This document shows positions 9,472 through 18,531 of a stretch of DNA of 47,484 bases, piece by piece. The position numbers were made by a program, and so were the translations under genes. The first letter of the stretch is position 1, and each line of letters begins with the position of its first letter. Source of the DNA: Acidobacteriota bacterium (GTDB taxonomy: Bacteria; Acidobacteriota; Terriglobia; 20CM-2-55-15); contig JAHFTY010000006.1 of the NCBI GenBank assembly GCA_023265365.1, positions 1 to 47,484 on the forward strand, read 5' to 3'. Below the pieces are notes generated by a model. That model made no database searches. It was given only the letters and a program-made list of their open reading frames with translations, and had not been told where the DNA came from.

Positions 9472-10646
9472 CGTTCCACCGCAAGGGCCACTGCATTTCC
9501 ACCGCCGAGACAGAGCGTTGCAATTCCACGCTTCGCGTTCCGCCGCGTCATTTCATGGAGCAGCGTCACCAGAACGCGTGCTCCGCTGGCGCCAATCGGG
9601 TGTCCGAGCGCGACGGCTCCTCCGTTGACATTGACTCGTTCCGGATCCAGTTCCAGTTGTTCCATCACCGCAATCGCCTGCACTGAGAACGCCTCATTGA
9701 GTTCTACGAGGTCCACATCGCTCAGGTTCCAGCCGATCTTTGCGACAAGCTTCCGGACCGCTTTCACCGGAGCCATCATCACCAACGCGGGCTCAATTCC
9801 GCTGACCGCCTGTCCCGCAATCCGCGCGATCGGGGTCCTGCCGAGGGTGTTTGCCCGCTCGGCGGACGTCACCACCAGCGCTGCCGCTCCATCGTTGACT
9901 CCGGGCGCGTTACCCGCCGTTACAGTGCCGTCTTTCTTGAATGCCGGCTTGAGTGCGCGCAGCGTTTCGATTGAAGCGTCGGGCCGGGGCGATTCGTCGG
10001 TATCGAAGATCAGGGGATCTCCTTTTTTCTGCGGTATCGGAACCCCGGTGATTTCATCGTTGAATTTTCCGGCCTTTATGGCGGCAACGGCTTTTCGATG
10101 GCTGCTCAACGCGAACTCGTCCTGGCGCTCGCGCGACACTTTGTATTTGTCCGCGACGATCTCGCCGGTATTGCCCATATGGAAGTTTTCGTATGCGTCC
10201 CACAGCCCGTCGTGAACCATCGAGTCGATCAGGGCTCCATTACCGAGACGGTATCCGTCTCGAGCGTTCGGCAGCAGGTAAGGCGCATTGCTCATGCTCT
10301 CCATTCCGCCTGCAATGACGATTTCGGAATCTCCGGTCTGGATTCCCTGCGCGGCCAGCCCAACCGACTTCAACCCGGATCCGCAGACCTTATTAATGGT
10401 CATTGCGGCGACATCCGGCGGGAGTCCGCCCCGAAGCGCAGCCTGGCGTGCCGGATTTTGTCCGAGTCCGGCCGACACCACGTTGCCCATGATCACTTCA
10501 TCGACGAGCGCCGGATCCAGCCCGGCCCGTTCGACAGCGGCTTTGACGGCGATCGCGCCAAGCTGTGTCGCCGTGATGGATTTCAAAGTACCCTGGAATT
10601 TTCCAATGGGAGTTCGCACTCCACTGATAATGACGACGTCTCTCAT
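9468..10646 (-). CDS. Acetyl-CoA C-acetyltransferase (thiolase)
   Basis: Motifs [20 protein letters not shown] and LCLGGG. 4-bp overlap with hbd. Confidence 0.97.
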   Translation of the reverse strand: MRDVVIISGVRTPIGKFQGTLKSITATQLGAIAVKAAVERAGLDPALVDEVIMGNVVSAGLGQNPARQAALRGGLPPDVAAMTINKVCGSGLKSVGLAAQGIQTGDSEIVIAGGMESMSNAPYLLPNARDGYRLGNGALIDSMVHDGLWDAYENFHMGNTGEIVADKYKVSRERQDEFALSSHRKAVAAIKAGKFNDEITGVPIPQKKGDPLIFDTDESPRPDASIETLRALKPAFKKDGTVTAGNAPGVNDGAAALVVTSAERANTLGRTPIARIAGQAVSGIEPALVMMAPVKAVRKLVAKIGWNLSDVDLVELNEAFSVQAIAVMEQLELDPERVNVNGGAVALGHPIGASGARVLVTLLHEMTRRNAKRGIATLCLGGGNAVALAVER

Positions 10647-10674
10647 GAGGGTAAAGTTAGCACAGATAAATGCG

Positions 10675-10740
10675 GAACGGCGGTGATCTGCCGCCGCTAC
10701 ATTCGATCGTTCCTGTAGCGGCGGCAGATCACCGCCGTTC
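10675..10740. repeat. GTAG-type REP doublet (REPIN-like), perfect 27-bp inverted repeat
   Basis: GAACGGCGGTGATCTGCCGCCGCTACA (10675-10701), 12-bp spacer, exact reverse complement (10714-10740). Each arm has its own GGCGG/CCGCC hairpin next to a GTAG/CTAC tetramer. Confidence 0.75.
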
Positions 10741-10754
10741 GATTCTTCCGGAGG

Positions 10755-11864
10755 TTATCGCAGGTTGAAATTCACTTCGATATTCAAGGCGACAGGCACC
10801 GGCACACCGTTCTGTTTCGCCGGGCTGAATTTCCACTGACGCAGCGCTTCGATCGCCTTTTCATCGAGGCCGAATCCGAGACTCCGCACCACTCGAACGA
10901 TCTGAACGGATCCGTCTTTCTGGACGATGGCTTCAAGGACGACCGTGCCCTGGTACCGGGCTTTGCGTGCTTCCTCGGAATACTGCGGATCGACCTTGTG
11001 AATGATCGAAGGAGCGCTCACGCCTCCACCAACTCTGAAGATACCGCCGCCGTATCCTCCGCCTTCGCCAGGCCCGACACCCGGTCCGCTTCCCGAACCA
11101 ACCCCGCGCCCGGTTCCGTTACCAATGCCGCCGCCGCTGCCCGATCCTGAGGACGGCGGTCCGGGAATCCCCTGGGGATCGCCGATGTTCAGCAGGTTCA
11201 AACTCGGCAACTGTGCCAACTGCGGTGCGACGACTGTCGGTTCAACGATCAGCGTGGGATCCGGATTCTTCGGCGGTTCCGGATCCGGCGGAACGAATTG
11301 TTTGTCTGCCGGACGAGGAAGTTTTCCAAGGGACGGCGGAGTGAGTTGGTGCTTTCCGCCGCCGCCGCCGCCGCCCGAGGACGTGTCCAGTTTCGGGAGG
11401 TTCAGAACGAGGGACTCCGGCTGGACCAGCATCACGTTGGTGGCTGTCGCAATTGGCGTTTTTGAAGACGTTGCCCAGGGAATCAGGGCCAGGATGACGA
11501 TGCCGGCATGAACTCCCACCGAGAGGAGACCGGAAAGTCCCGCGTTCTTGTCTTTCGACCAGATCTCGTCGACTTCCACCGGGGTGGCGGTCGTTTCAAT
11601 TTTGCGCGGATGCAGCGTGTCCTGAATGAGTTCTCGCAGACCGGACGCCAGTGAGGTGTATGCGGAAGGCTGCTCCACAAGCTTGCTGAGCGCCGACATG
11701 TCTTTCTCTGCAGTTATTTCAACCCGGGCTTGAGGGTTCCTCCGCTCATCCCGCATTTCACGCAGTTGGCTGACGAGCGAGGAAAACCACGATTCGCCGT
11801 CGGAAATCGAAGTTCCGGTTACGAATACACTTTCGCCTGGCTCGTTGTTTTGTTTAGGTTTCAT
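10755..11864 (-). CDS. Energy transducer TonB-family protein
   Basis: Single TM helix with S-x3-H (LLSVGVHAGIV), Pro/Gly-rich linker, and a TonB C-terminal domain (PQYSEEARKARYQGTVVL...W.FSPA). Confidence 0.9.
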   Translation of the reverse strand: MKPKQNNEPGESVFVTGTSISDGESWFSSLVSQLREMRDERRNPQARVEITAEKDMSALSKLVEQPSAYTSLASGLRELIQDTLHPRKIETTATPVEVDEIWSKDKNAGLSGLLSVGVHAGIVILALIPWATSSKTPIATATNVMLVQPESLVLNLPKLDTSSGGGGGGGKHQLTPPSLGKLPRPADKQFVPPDPEPPKNPDPTLIVEPTVVAPQLAQLPSLNLLNIGDPQGIPGPPSSGSGSGGGIGNGTGRGVGSGSGPGVGPGEGGGYGGGIFRVGGGVSAPSIIHKVDPQYSEEARKARYQGTVVLEAIVQKDGSVQIVRVVRSLGFGLDEKAIEALRQWKFSPAKQNGVPVPVALNIEVNFNLR

Positions 11865-11952
11865 GCCCTTTGTCTGACCTCAGTTGAAATAGCTCCATAA
11901 GACTACCATATTTGCCGGGAGCTAAGGGCAAATCCTCTATAATTCTGAACCG

Positions 11953-12450
11953 ATGGCATCGAAATTCCACGCGCGTTACCCTTACCTGATTCTGATGCTC
12001 GTCACGCTCTGCCTCGACCGCTGGACCAAGTCCATCATTCAGTCCCGATTCTCCCTGAATGAATCGATTTCGGTAATAGACGATTTCTTTAACATTACGT
12101 ATGTAACAAATACCGGCGTGGCCTTTGGAATTTTTTCATCGATCAGTTCACCCACAAAAGCCATGCTCCTCTCCCTCTTTACGGCGGTGGCGGCCGTCGT
12201 TGTGGTCGTGTACAGCCTCCGGAGTCCGGCAGGCGACCGGTTGCTGCAGGTCGCCCTTGCCTCTATTCTCGGCGGCGCGCTGGGCAATCTTTACGACCGG
12301 GTCAGCTATGGCTACGTGATCGACTTCCTGGAGTTCTATTACCGCAGCTACCACTGGCCGTCATTCAACGTTGCCGATTCCGCGATTTCTACCGGAGTCG
12401 TCCTTCTCGCCATCGAGATCGTGCGTAATGAAACTCACGCCCGGACCTGA
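11953..12450 (+). CDS. lspA: Lipoprotein signal peptidase II
   Basis: Motifs NTGVAFG, GGALGNLYDR, VIDF and FNVADSAI, with four hydrophobic segments. Confidence 0.97.
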   Translation: MASKFHARYPYLILMLVTLCLDRWTKSIIQSRFSLNESISVIDDFFNITYVTNTGVAFGIFSSISSPTKAMLLSLFTAVAAVVVVVYSLRSPAGDRLLQVALASILGGALGNLYDRVSYGYVIDFLEFYYRSYHWPSFNVADSAISTGVVLLAIEIVRNETHART

Positions 12451-13345
12451 CGACAAAGGGTTGCGCCTCGACCAGTTTCTCTCGCGGCATCTGGAGTCCG
12501 TCACTCGATCTCAGATTCAACACCTCAACCGGTCGGGATCGGTCCACATTAACGGCCGGCTCGAAAAAGCCGGGTACCGTATTCGAGGAGATGAAACGGT
12601 TGAGATCGAACTGAATACCTCCGAACCGGTTACTCTCACACCAGAGCAAATCCCGCTCCAAATCTACTTTGAGGATGAGGATCTGGCCGTCATCGAAAAG
12701 CCGGCAGGCCTCGTGGTCCATCCCGGCGCCGGAATCCAAAGCGGTACGATCGTTCACGCGCTCCTCTATCACTTTCAGAAGCTCTCGGACTTTGGCGGCG
12801 AAGCTCGTCCGGGAATTGTTCATCGGATTGATAAACGGACTTCCGGGCTTCTCATTGTGGCAAAAAACAATCCCGCCCACGCGTTGCTCGGCCGGGCGTT
12901 TCAGGATCGAGCCGTGGAGAAGAGGTACACCGCTCTGGTGCACGGGAAAGTCGCACGACCATCGGGTACGCTGCAGACACCCATTTCGCGGCATCCTTCG
13001 ATTCGAACCCGGATGGCGGCGCGTGCCGGCCAGGGTCGTCAGGCCTACACCGAGTACCGGTTGATCGAGGGTTTTCGCGCGTTTTCTCTTCTGGACGTCG
13101 GGATCAGGACGGGTCGCACTCATCAAATTCGAGTTCATCTGAGCGCGATGGGCCACCCCGTGGTCGGCGATGATGTGTACGGAGAGAAAGCCCAAAAGGC
13201 CTTCGTCCGGAAGTACGGCAGCCTGGGCCGGTACTTCCTCCACGCGAAGTATCTTCGGTTTACTCATCCCAGGACCGGAGTGGAACTCCAATTCCAATCC
13301 CCGCTCCCGGCAGAGTTGCAGGATTTCCTTTCGCGCATAAGATGA
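12428..13345 (+). CDS. RluA/RluD-family 23S rRNA pseudouridine synthase
   Basis: S4-like RLDQFL start, KPAGLVVHP, catalytic HRID(K) and TGRTHQIRVH. Start reassigned to ATG 12428. Confidence 0.93.
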   Translation: MKLTPGPDDKGLRLDQFLSRHLESVTRSQIQHLNRSGSVHINGRLEKAGYRIRGDETVEIELNTSEPVTLTPEQIPLQIYFEDEDLAVIEKPAGLVVHPGAGIQSGTIVHALLYHFQKLSDFGGEARPGIVHRIDKRTSGLLIVAKNNPAHALLGRAFQDRAVEKRYTALVHGKVARPSGTLQTPISRHPSIRTRMAARAGQGRQAYTEYRLIEGFRAFSLLDVGIRTGRTHQIRVHLSAMGHPVVGDDVYGEKAQKAFVRKYGSLGRYFLHAKYLRFTHPRTGVELQFQSPLPAELQDFLSRIR

Positions 13346-13351
13346 TACCCT
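13343..13351 (+). promoter_or_regulatory. Extended -10 element for rnpB
   Basis: TGA-TACCCT (TGn-TAnnnT) lies 7 nt before the RNase P RNA 5' end. Confidence 0.45.
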
Positions 13352-13358
13352 CTGAAAC

Positions 13359-13718
13359 GGCAGGCAGACGGGTGATCGCTTTCTGAAAAGAGAGAGGAAA
13401 GTCCGAGCTCCACAGGGCAGTGTGCTTCGTAACTCGATGGCCCGTAAGGGACGGAAAGTGCCACAGAAAATATACCGCCCCGATTTTCCAGATCCGGGGT
13501 AAGGGTGAAAAGGTGCGGTAAGAGCGCACCAGCGGTCCGGTAACGGGCCGGCTTGGCAAACCCCACACGGAGCAAGGCCAAATAGGGAAACGACGGACGG
13601 CCCGTCCAGTTTCCGGGTAGGCCGCTCGAGCTTCGGGGAAACCCGGAGCCCAGATGAATGATCGCCGCTTCGTTTCGCAAGAGACGGAGTACAGAACTCG
13701 GCTTATAGTCTGCCTGCC
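13359..13718 (+). ncRNA. rnpB: RNase P RNA (bacterial type A)
   Basis: Conserved GAGGAAAGTCCGAGCTC, GGAAAGTGCCACAGAAA, GGTAAGAGCGCACC, GGCAAACCCCAC-GGAGCAAG and ACAGAACTCGGCTTA. P1 pairing GGCAGGCAGAC / GTCTGCCTGCC. Confidence 0.97.
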
Positions 13719-13791
13719 GCAAGACTCGGTAATAAACCTGCTCTAGGGAGTCTTGAAGAAGAAAAGAATCTGTAGTGAATGTGTCGAATTT

Positions 13792-13874
13792 AACTAACGA
13801 GGCTGCGCTTCAGACCGACATAGGGCAATCGCGGATAGAGCACCACATCGGTCTGAAGCGCAGCCTCGTTAGTT
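13792..13874. repeat. Perfect 27-bp intergenic inverted repeat with 29-bp spacer
   Basis: AACTAACGAGGCTGCGCTTCAGACCGA (13792-13818) and its exact reverse complement (13848-13874). Confidence 0.8.
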
Positions 13875-13896
13875 TTTATCCGGGAGACAACAGGGA

Positions 13897-14862
13897 ATGC
13901 CTAATTACGTCGTGACGGGTGGAGCGGGGTTCATCGGATCGCATATCGTCGAAGAACTTGTTCGCCGCAGCCAAAACGTGAAGATCATCGATAATTTTTC
14001 CACCGGAAAATGCGAAAACCTCGATTCGTTTGGACGTGACGTCGAAGTCATCAATGCCGACATCAGTTTGTCGGACAATCTGGTCAGCATCTTTGCCGGC
14101 GTGGACTACGTGATTCACCAGGCAGCTATTCCATCGGTTCCCAAGTCCATCATCGATCCCCGGACTTCCCACAATGCCAACGTGAACGGAACCTTGAATG
14201 TCCTGATCGCGGCTCGCGACGCGGGTGTCAAGCGCGTGGTCTATGCCTCGTCGTCTTCGTTGTATGGGGACAGCCCGACGCTTCCGAAGCATGAAGAGAT
14301 GATGCCCAATCCACTCTCGCCTTATGGCGCGCAGAAACTTTTCGGCGAGATGTATGGACAGGTGTTCACGAAAGCCTACGGACTCGAGACCGTTGCGCTT
14401 CGCTACTTCAATGTCTTTGGCCCGCGCCAGGATGCCGGCTCACAATACAGCGGAGTACTTGCGAAGTTCATTCCGGCGGTTCTACAAAACCGGCGGCCCG
14501 TGATCTATGGCGATGGCCTTCAGTCGCGCGACTTCACCTTCGTTCAGAACGTCGTCGAAGCGAACCTTCTTGCGTGCGCCGCTCCGGGTGCCGGCGGCGA
14601 GGTGTTCAATATCGCGTGCGGCGATCGCATCACGGTCAACGAGATGTTGGCTGGCATCAACGAGATCCTTGGAAAGAAAATCGAGCCGATCCACGAAGAG
14701 CCTCGAGCCGGCGACATCAAGCATTCGCAGGCGGAAATCAGCAAGGCGAAGACGAAATTGAACTACCAGCCCAGGGTGAGTTTTCTGGAAGGATTGCGGC
14801 GCACCGTCGACTGGTACGCCGCCCATGTCGATTCCGGAGTGAAGCCGGCCGCTACTGTCTGA
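13897..14862 (+). CDS. NAD-dependent nucleotide-sugar epimerase/dehydratase (extended SDR, WbpP/GalE-like)
   Basis: Motifs VTGGAGFIGSH, YASSSS, YxxxK (YGAQK), LRYFNVFGPRQD and GDG.QSRDF. Confidence 0.92.
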   Translation: MPNYVVTGGAGFIGSHIVEELVRRSQNVKIIDNFSTGKCENLDSFGRDVEVINADISLSDNLVSIFAGVDYVIHQAAIPSVPKSIIDPRTSHNANVNGTLNVLIAARDAGVKRVVYASSSSLYGDSPTLPKHEEMMPNPLSPYGAQKLFGEMYGQVFTKAYGLETVALRYFNVFGPRQDAGSQYSGVLAKFIPAVLQNRRPVIYGDGLQSRDFTFVQNVVEANLLACAAPGAGGEVFNIACGDRITVNEMLAGINEILGKKIEPIHEEPRAGDIKHSQAEISKAKTKLNYQPRVSFLEGLRRTVDWYAAHVDSGVKPAATV

Positions 14863-16060
14863 CCGTTATCTCAAGCTCGGAGGTCGCGATCCCGCCCTTT
14901 CCATCGGCTGCGGTCGCGCGGACGGTGTATTTACCCGGTGTCAGGCCGGCCGCCCGGAACATGACCTTATCTCCGGTCCCTTCGACCTTCCCTCCCGTCG
15001 ACGTCCAGGAGTAGGTCAGTGAGTCATTGTCCGCGTCGAAGCCGGTGGCGACGATCGATGCGGATCCGTCGGCCGGGATTTCCGTGTTATCGGCTTCGAG
15101 AGCCAGAACCGGATAGTGGTTGTTGCCTACGGACTTGACCGGTTTTGTATAGCTCAACCCAACCACCAGGCCGGTCCGCTGGCGGTTATTCGGGAACTTC
15201 CGGTCGAACTTCGTGTTGATCGTATACCCCGCGCTAAACGTCAGACCGCGGTCCAGCAGAAGCACGCGAAGGCCTCCCCTCACATCGGAAGGGTTAATGA
15301 CCGTGACGCTTGCCGCGTTTGGCGAACTTGCGCCGACGGCGGTGCTGGTGACGTACTCGAAGATCCCCTGAATGGGATGCGTCGATGGAAACACCAGGCC
15401 CAGTCCGCTTCGAAGCTGGTCCTTCAGCTTGATCGGGCGTGGATCCTTGCCGTCGCGGGTCGCCGTGAATCCCATCGTCGAGTGGAGCAGGAAATCATGG
15501 AACTTCCACGGCATCGCCGACGTGAATATCAGGTCGATACCTCCATCGGTCTGCCCCGTGCCGAGGCCCTTTTTCGGATCGGCAGTTCCGAATTTAACGA
15601 AACCCTTGATCGCCATTCCACCGACGTTATCGGGTTGCCGCCACACGCGATATTTTCCGGAGAGGTAGGCGTCGCCGGGACCCTTCTGGAATCCGGATTC
15701 GGCATAGGGAAATTCCGGATTGAATCCGGTTTGCACGACATTCGATACCTTGACCTGACGCTGAGTTTCGAAGGTTCCCGTCACTGTCAGGCGCGAGATG
15801 ACGCCGATCGAAAACGATACGGGAAAGGTGTTGATGTCGACATCCTTCGGAGTGCGGTCGAGGTTGCTCCAGCCGGCTCCAAATGAAAACTGACCTTTGT
15901 TCAGCGTTTCCACCGAAGGCACAGTGAACAAACCACGATCGCCGGTGAGTGTGGCGCTTTGTTTTTCAATGCGAGTTTGCTTTGCGATTCGTTCGGCATC
16001 CTGCGCGTGAAGTGAGGTTGCCACAGCCAGTAGGAACATTGGGACAAGGAATCGTTTCAT
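14852..16060 (-). CDS. Secreted/outer-membrane hypothetical protein with a C-terminal Ig/PKD-like domain
   Basis: Signal peptide MKRFLVPMFLLAVATSLHA, amphipathic beta-strand-rich body, and C-terminal D(A)DNDSLTYSW...GKYTVRATAADGKGG. Confidence 0.7.
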   Translation of the reverse strand: MKRFLVPMFLLAVATSLHAQDAERIAKQTRIEKQSATLTGDRGLFTVPSVETLNKGQFSFGAGWSNLDRTPKDVDINTFPVSFSIGVISRLTVTGTFETQRQVKVSNVVQTGFNPEFPYAESGFQKGPGDAYLSGKYRVWRQPDNVGGMAIKGFVKFGTADPKKGLGTGQTDGGIDLIFTSAMPWKFHDFLLHSTMGFTATRDGKDPRPIKLKDQLRSGLGLVFPSTHPIQGIFEYVTSTAVGASSPNAASVTVINPSDVRGGLRVLLLDRGLTFSAGYTINTKFDRKFPNNRQRTGLVVGLSYTKPVKSVGNNHYPVLALEADNTEIPADGSASIVATGFDADNDSLTYSWTSTGGKVEGTGDKVMFRAAGLTPGKYTVRATAADGKGGIATSELEITVRQ

Positions 16061-16075
16061 GTACAATCCCGATTT

Positions 16076-18520
16076 ATGCGTACCCTTCTGGGCCTTTTAA
16101 TTGCGGTGCTTGCGAGTGTTTCCACTATCGAACCCGGTGAAACGGACCAGATCTTAGATCAGTTGTTGAAAATCCGTCTAGACAAAAAGCAGATCTACAC
16201 CTTGCGTGACGTGACGATCCGGCGCGATGTCGCGTCGATTTCCTTTAAACGCGGCACGATTGCGTTTCTCGAGCCGGTCATGGGCAAAGTCACGGGCGCC
16301 GTGTTCATCGGGAGCGGGGAGATTGTGGCGATCCCTCCCGATGCGGTCGAGAAACAGCAGATGCACAAGTTCACGGGATCGCCCGTACTGAATGAACCGT
16401 TTGGCGCCGGTTTCTTTCGTTTCACCGACGATACCTATGAAGAAATCGTGAAAGCGTATGAAGAACACGCTCACGAGGACCCCGTCGACGATGATGCATC
16501 GCAGTTCCTGCCGTGGGAGAAGGTGCTGACGGATCGTTCGGGCATTCTGAACTATCGCATCCTCGCCGATTATCTCGGTACGCCCAAGCCCGTTTTTTTC
16601 GCTGAACTGAATGGCGAGCGTTCCGGCTGGTTCGACGTCGTCGTCGATCCTCGAATGGTGGAAGAAGTCGCGTTCCTGAAGGTCCACGAACAGGGAACGG
16701 CCTTCAACGTCGACGTTTGGGCAAGTTTCAATCGCCGCAGCGAATCGCGCGATCTGGAAGCCGCTGCAAAGGAAAACAAGTTCCCGCTCGACGTTCTGTC
16801 CTACGACGTGGACGCCACCATCACCGCATCCGGTCAACTCGATGCGAAGACCACGCTCCGTGCGAAAGCGCGGAGTGACGGCGAGCGTGTCATCAGCATG
16901 GACCTGTCACGGTTTCTGCGAGTGTCTTCGGTGACGACGGGAACGGGAGAAACGGTGCCGTTCTACCAGCACGTCAACATGACCGATGAGGAGATCCGCC
17001 GCACCGGCATCAACGCCGTCGTCCTGGTTTTGCCACGAACCACCGCGGCCGGAGAAGACATCACACTGAAATTTGCCTACGCCGGGGACGTCATCGAGAA
17101 AAAAGGAACCGGCATTTTCTTTGTCGGCGAGCGCGGCCTCTGGTATCCGACGTTCGGGACGACCGACCGCGCCCGGTTCCATCTCGATTTTCACTTTCCG
17201 GCAAAGTACTCGCTCGTCGCAACGGGGAGAAAAATCAGCGAAACCGAAGACGCGGCCATTCGTCACTCGACGTGGGAAAGCGACAAGGACTTTTCCGTCG
17301 CCGGGTTCAACCTTGGGGACTTCACCATTCTTTCCGATGCCTGGGGAACCACACCCGTTTCGGTCAGTGTGAACAACGACGTTGAAACTGTTTTCCAGGA
17401 GGTTGCTGCCCGGCGCGCGATGCAAAAAGAAATGGCCATGCGCGCCGCAACTGCGCTGGGCCGGAGAGGTATGCCTCCGAACAGTCAGACGGTCTCGCCT
17501 GAACCGAATCTCTTCAGCACGAAAGACCTTGGCGAAAACGTCTTGAAGGGAATTCGCGATACTCTGTCTTTTTTTGTCGATGAACTTGGTCCTTACCCTT
17601 ACTCGCAGCTTACGGTTTCGCAGTTCCCGGTGAATTACTCCCAGGGCTGGCCCTCGCTGCTCTACGTTTCGACCCTTTCGTTTTTCACGAAGGATCAGAG
17701 GCAGAAGCTGGGTCTGGATTCGGAATCGGACTTCATGTTTACCGAGTTGATTCGCGCACATGAGCTGGCGCACCAGTGGTTCGGCAACAAAATCGGATGG
17801 AACTCGTACCACGACCAGTGGATCCCCGAAGGCTTTGCCAACTATTTAGGCGCGATGTACATCGAGCACAAGTACAAGGATCAAGGAAAACTTCGTGAGA
17901 TTCTGGACAGCGGCAGACGGCGACTATTCGAGCACGCACCCGATGGAAACACGTACGACAGTCTCGGACCGATCTGGTTGGGGCAACGCCTGAGCACGAC
18001 CGCCGCTCCGGACGGTTACAGCGAGATCACCTACAGCAAAGGAACATGGATCGTTCACATGCTGCGCTCCATGATGAAGTCCGATGGAAAAGATCCCGAT
18101 GCCGCGTTTCTGAAAATGGTCCGCGAATTCCTCACGCAGTTTGATGGAAACAACATGTCGACGTGGGATCTGAAGCGGATTGCGGAAAAGTACATGAACA
18201 AGGCCATGGACGTTCGAAACGACGGGAAGCTCGATTGGTTCTTCGATGACTGGGTCAGGGGAACCGGCATACCCGTCTACACCATGAACTACAAGGTCCT
18301 TCCGGAGTCGAAAGGCGGGTTTGCGGTCGAAGGCCGGATCAGCCAATCGTCCGTTCCGGACACATTTGTGATGCCCGTTCCTGTTTATGCCGACGATCAA
18401 CTGCTCGGCTATGTCGTTGTCGACGACGAGCAGGGTTACTTTCGCTTTGCCGTGAAGAACAAGCCTGCGAGAGTTGCCGTCGATCCGCGGGAAACCATCC
18501 TGGCCATCGTCAAGAATTAA
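16076..18520 (+). CDS. Secreted M1-family (gluzincin) metallo-aminopeptidase
   Basis: HELAH followed by a downstream E (WIPEGFA), YSKG tyrosine, GPYPY and a signal peptide. Confidence 0.85.
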   Translation: MRTLLGLLIAVLASVSTIEPGETDQILDQLLKIRLDKKQIYTLRDVTIRRDVASISFKRGTIAFLEPVMGKVTGAVFIGSGEIVAIPPDAVEKQQMHKFTGSPVLNEPFGAGFFRFTDDTYEEIVKAYEEHAHEDPVDDDASQFLPWEKVLTDRSGILNYRILADYLGTPKPVFFAELNGERSGWFDVVVDPRMVEEVAFLKVHEQGTAFNVDVWASFNRRSESRDLEAAAKENKFPLDVLSYDVDATITASGQLDAKTTLRAKARSDGERVISMDLSRFLRVSSVTTGTGETVPFYQHVNMTDEEIRRTGINAVVLVLPRTTAAGEDITLKFAYAGDVIEKKGTGIFFVGERGLWYPTFGTTDRARFHLDFHFPAKYSLVATGRKISETEDAAIRHSTWESDKDFSVAGFNLGDFTILSDAWGTTPVSVSVNNDVETVFQEVAARRAMQKEMAMRAATALGRRGMPPNSQTVSPEPNLFSTKDLGENVLKGIRDTLSFFVDELGPYPYSQLTVSQFPVNYSQGWPSLLYVSTLSFFTKDQRQKLGLDSESDFMFTELIRAHELAHQWFGNKIGWNSYHDQWIPEGFANYLGAMYIEHKYKDQGKLREILDSGRRRLFEHAPDGNTYDSLGPIWLGQRLSTTAAPDGYSEITYSKGTWIVHMLRSMMKSDGKDPDAAFLKMVREFLTQFDGNNMSTWDLKRIAEKYMNKAMDVRNDGKLDWFFDDWVRGTGIPVYTMNYKVLPESKGGFAVEGRISQSSVPDTFVMPVPVYADDQLLGYVVVDDEQGYFRFAVKNKPARVAVDPRETILAIVKN

Positions 18521-18531
18521 GAACCAAAAAC

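Noticed and set aside
13260-13722. Minus-strand ORFs of 102 and 152 aa
   Set aside because: They are antisense to the RNase P RNA gene.
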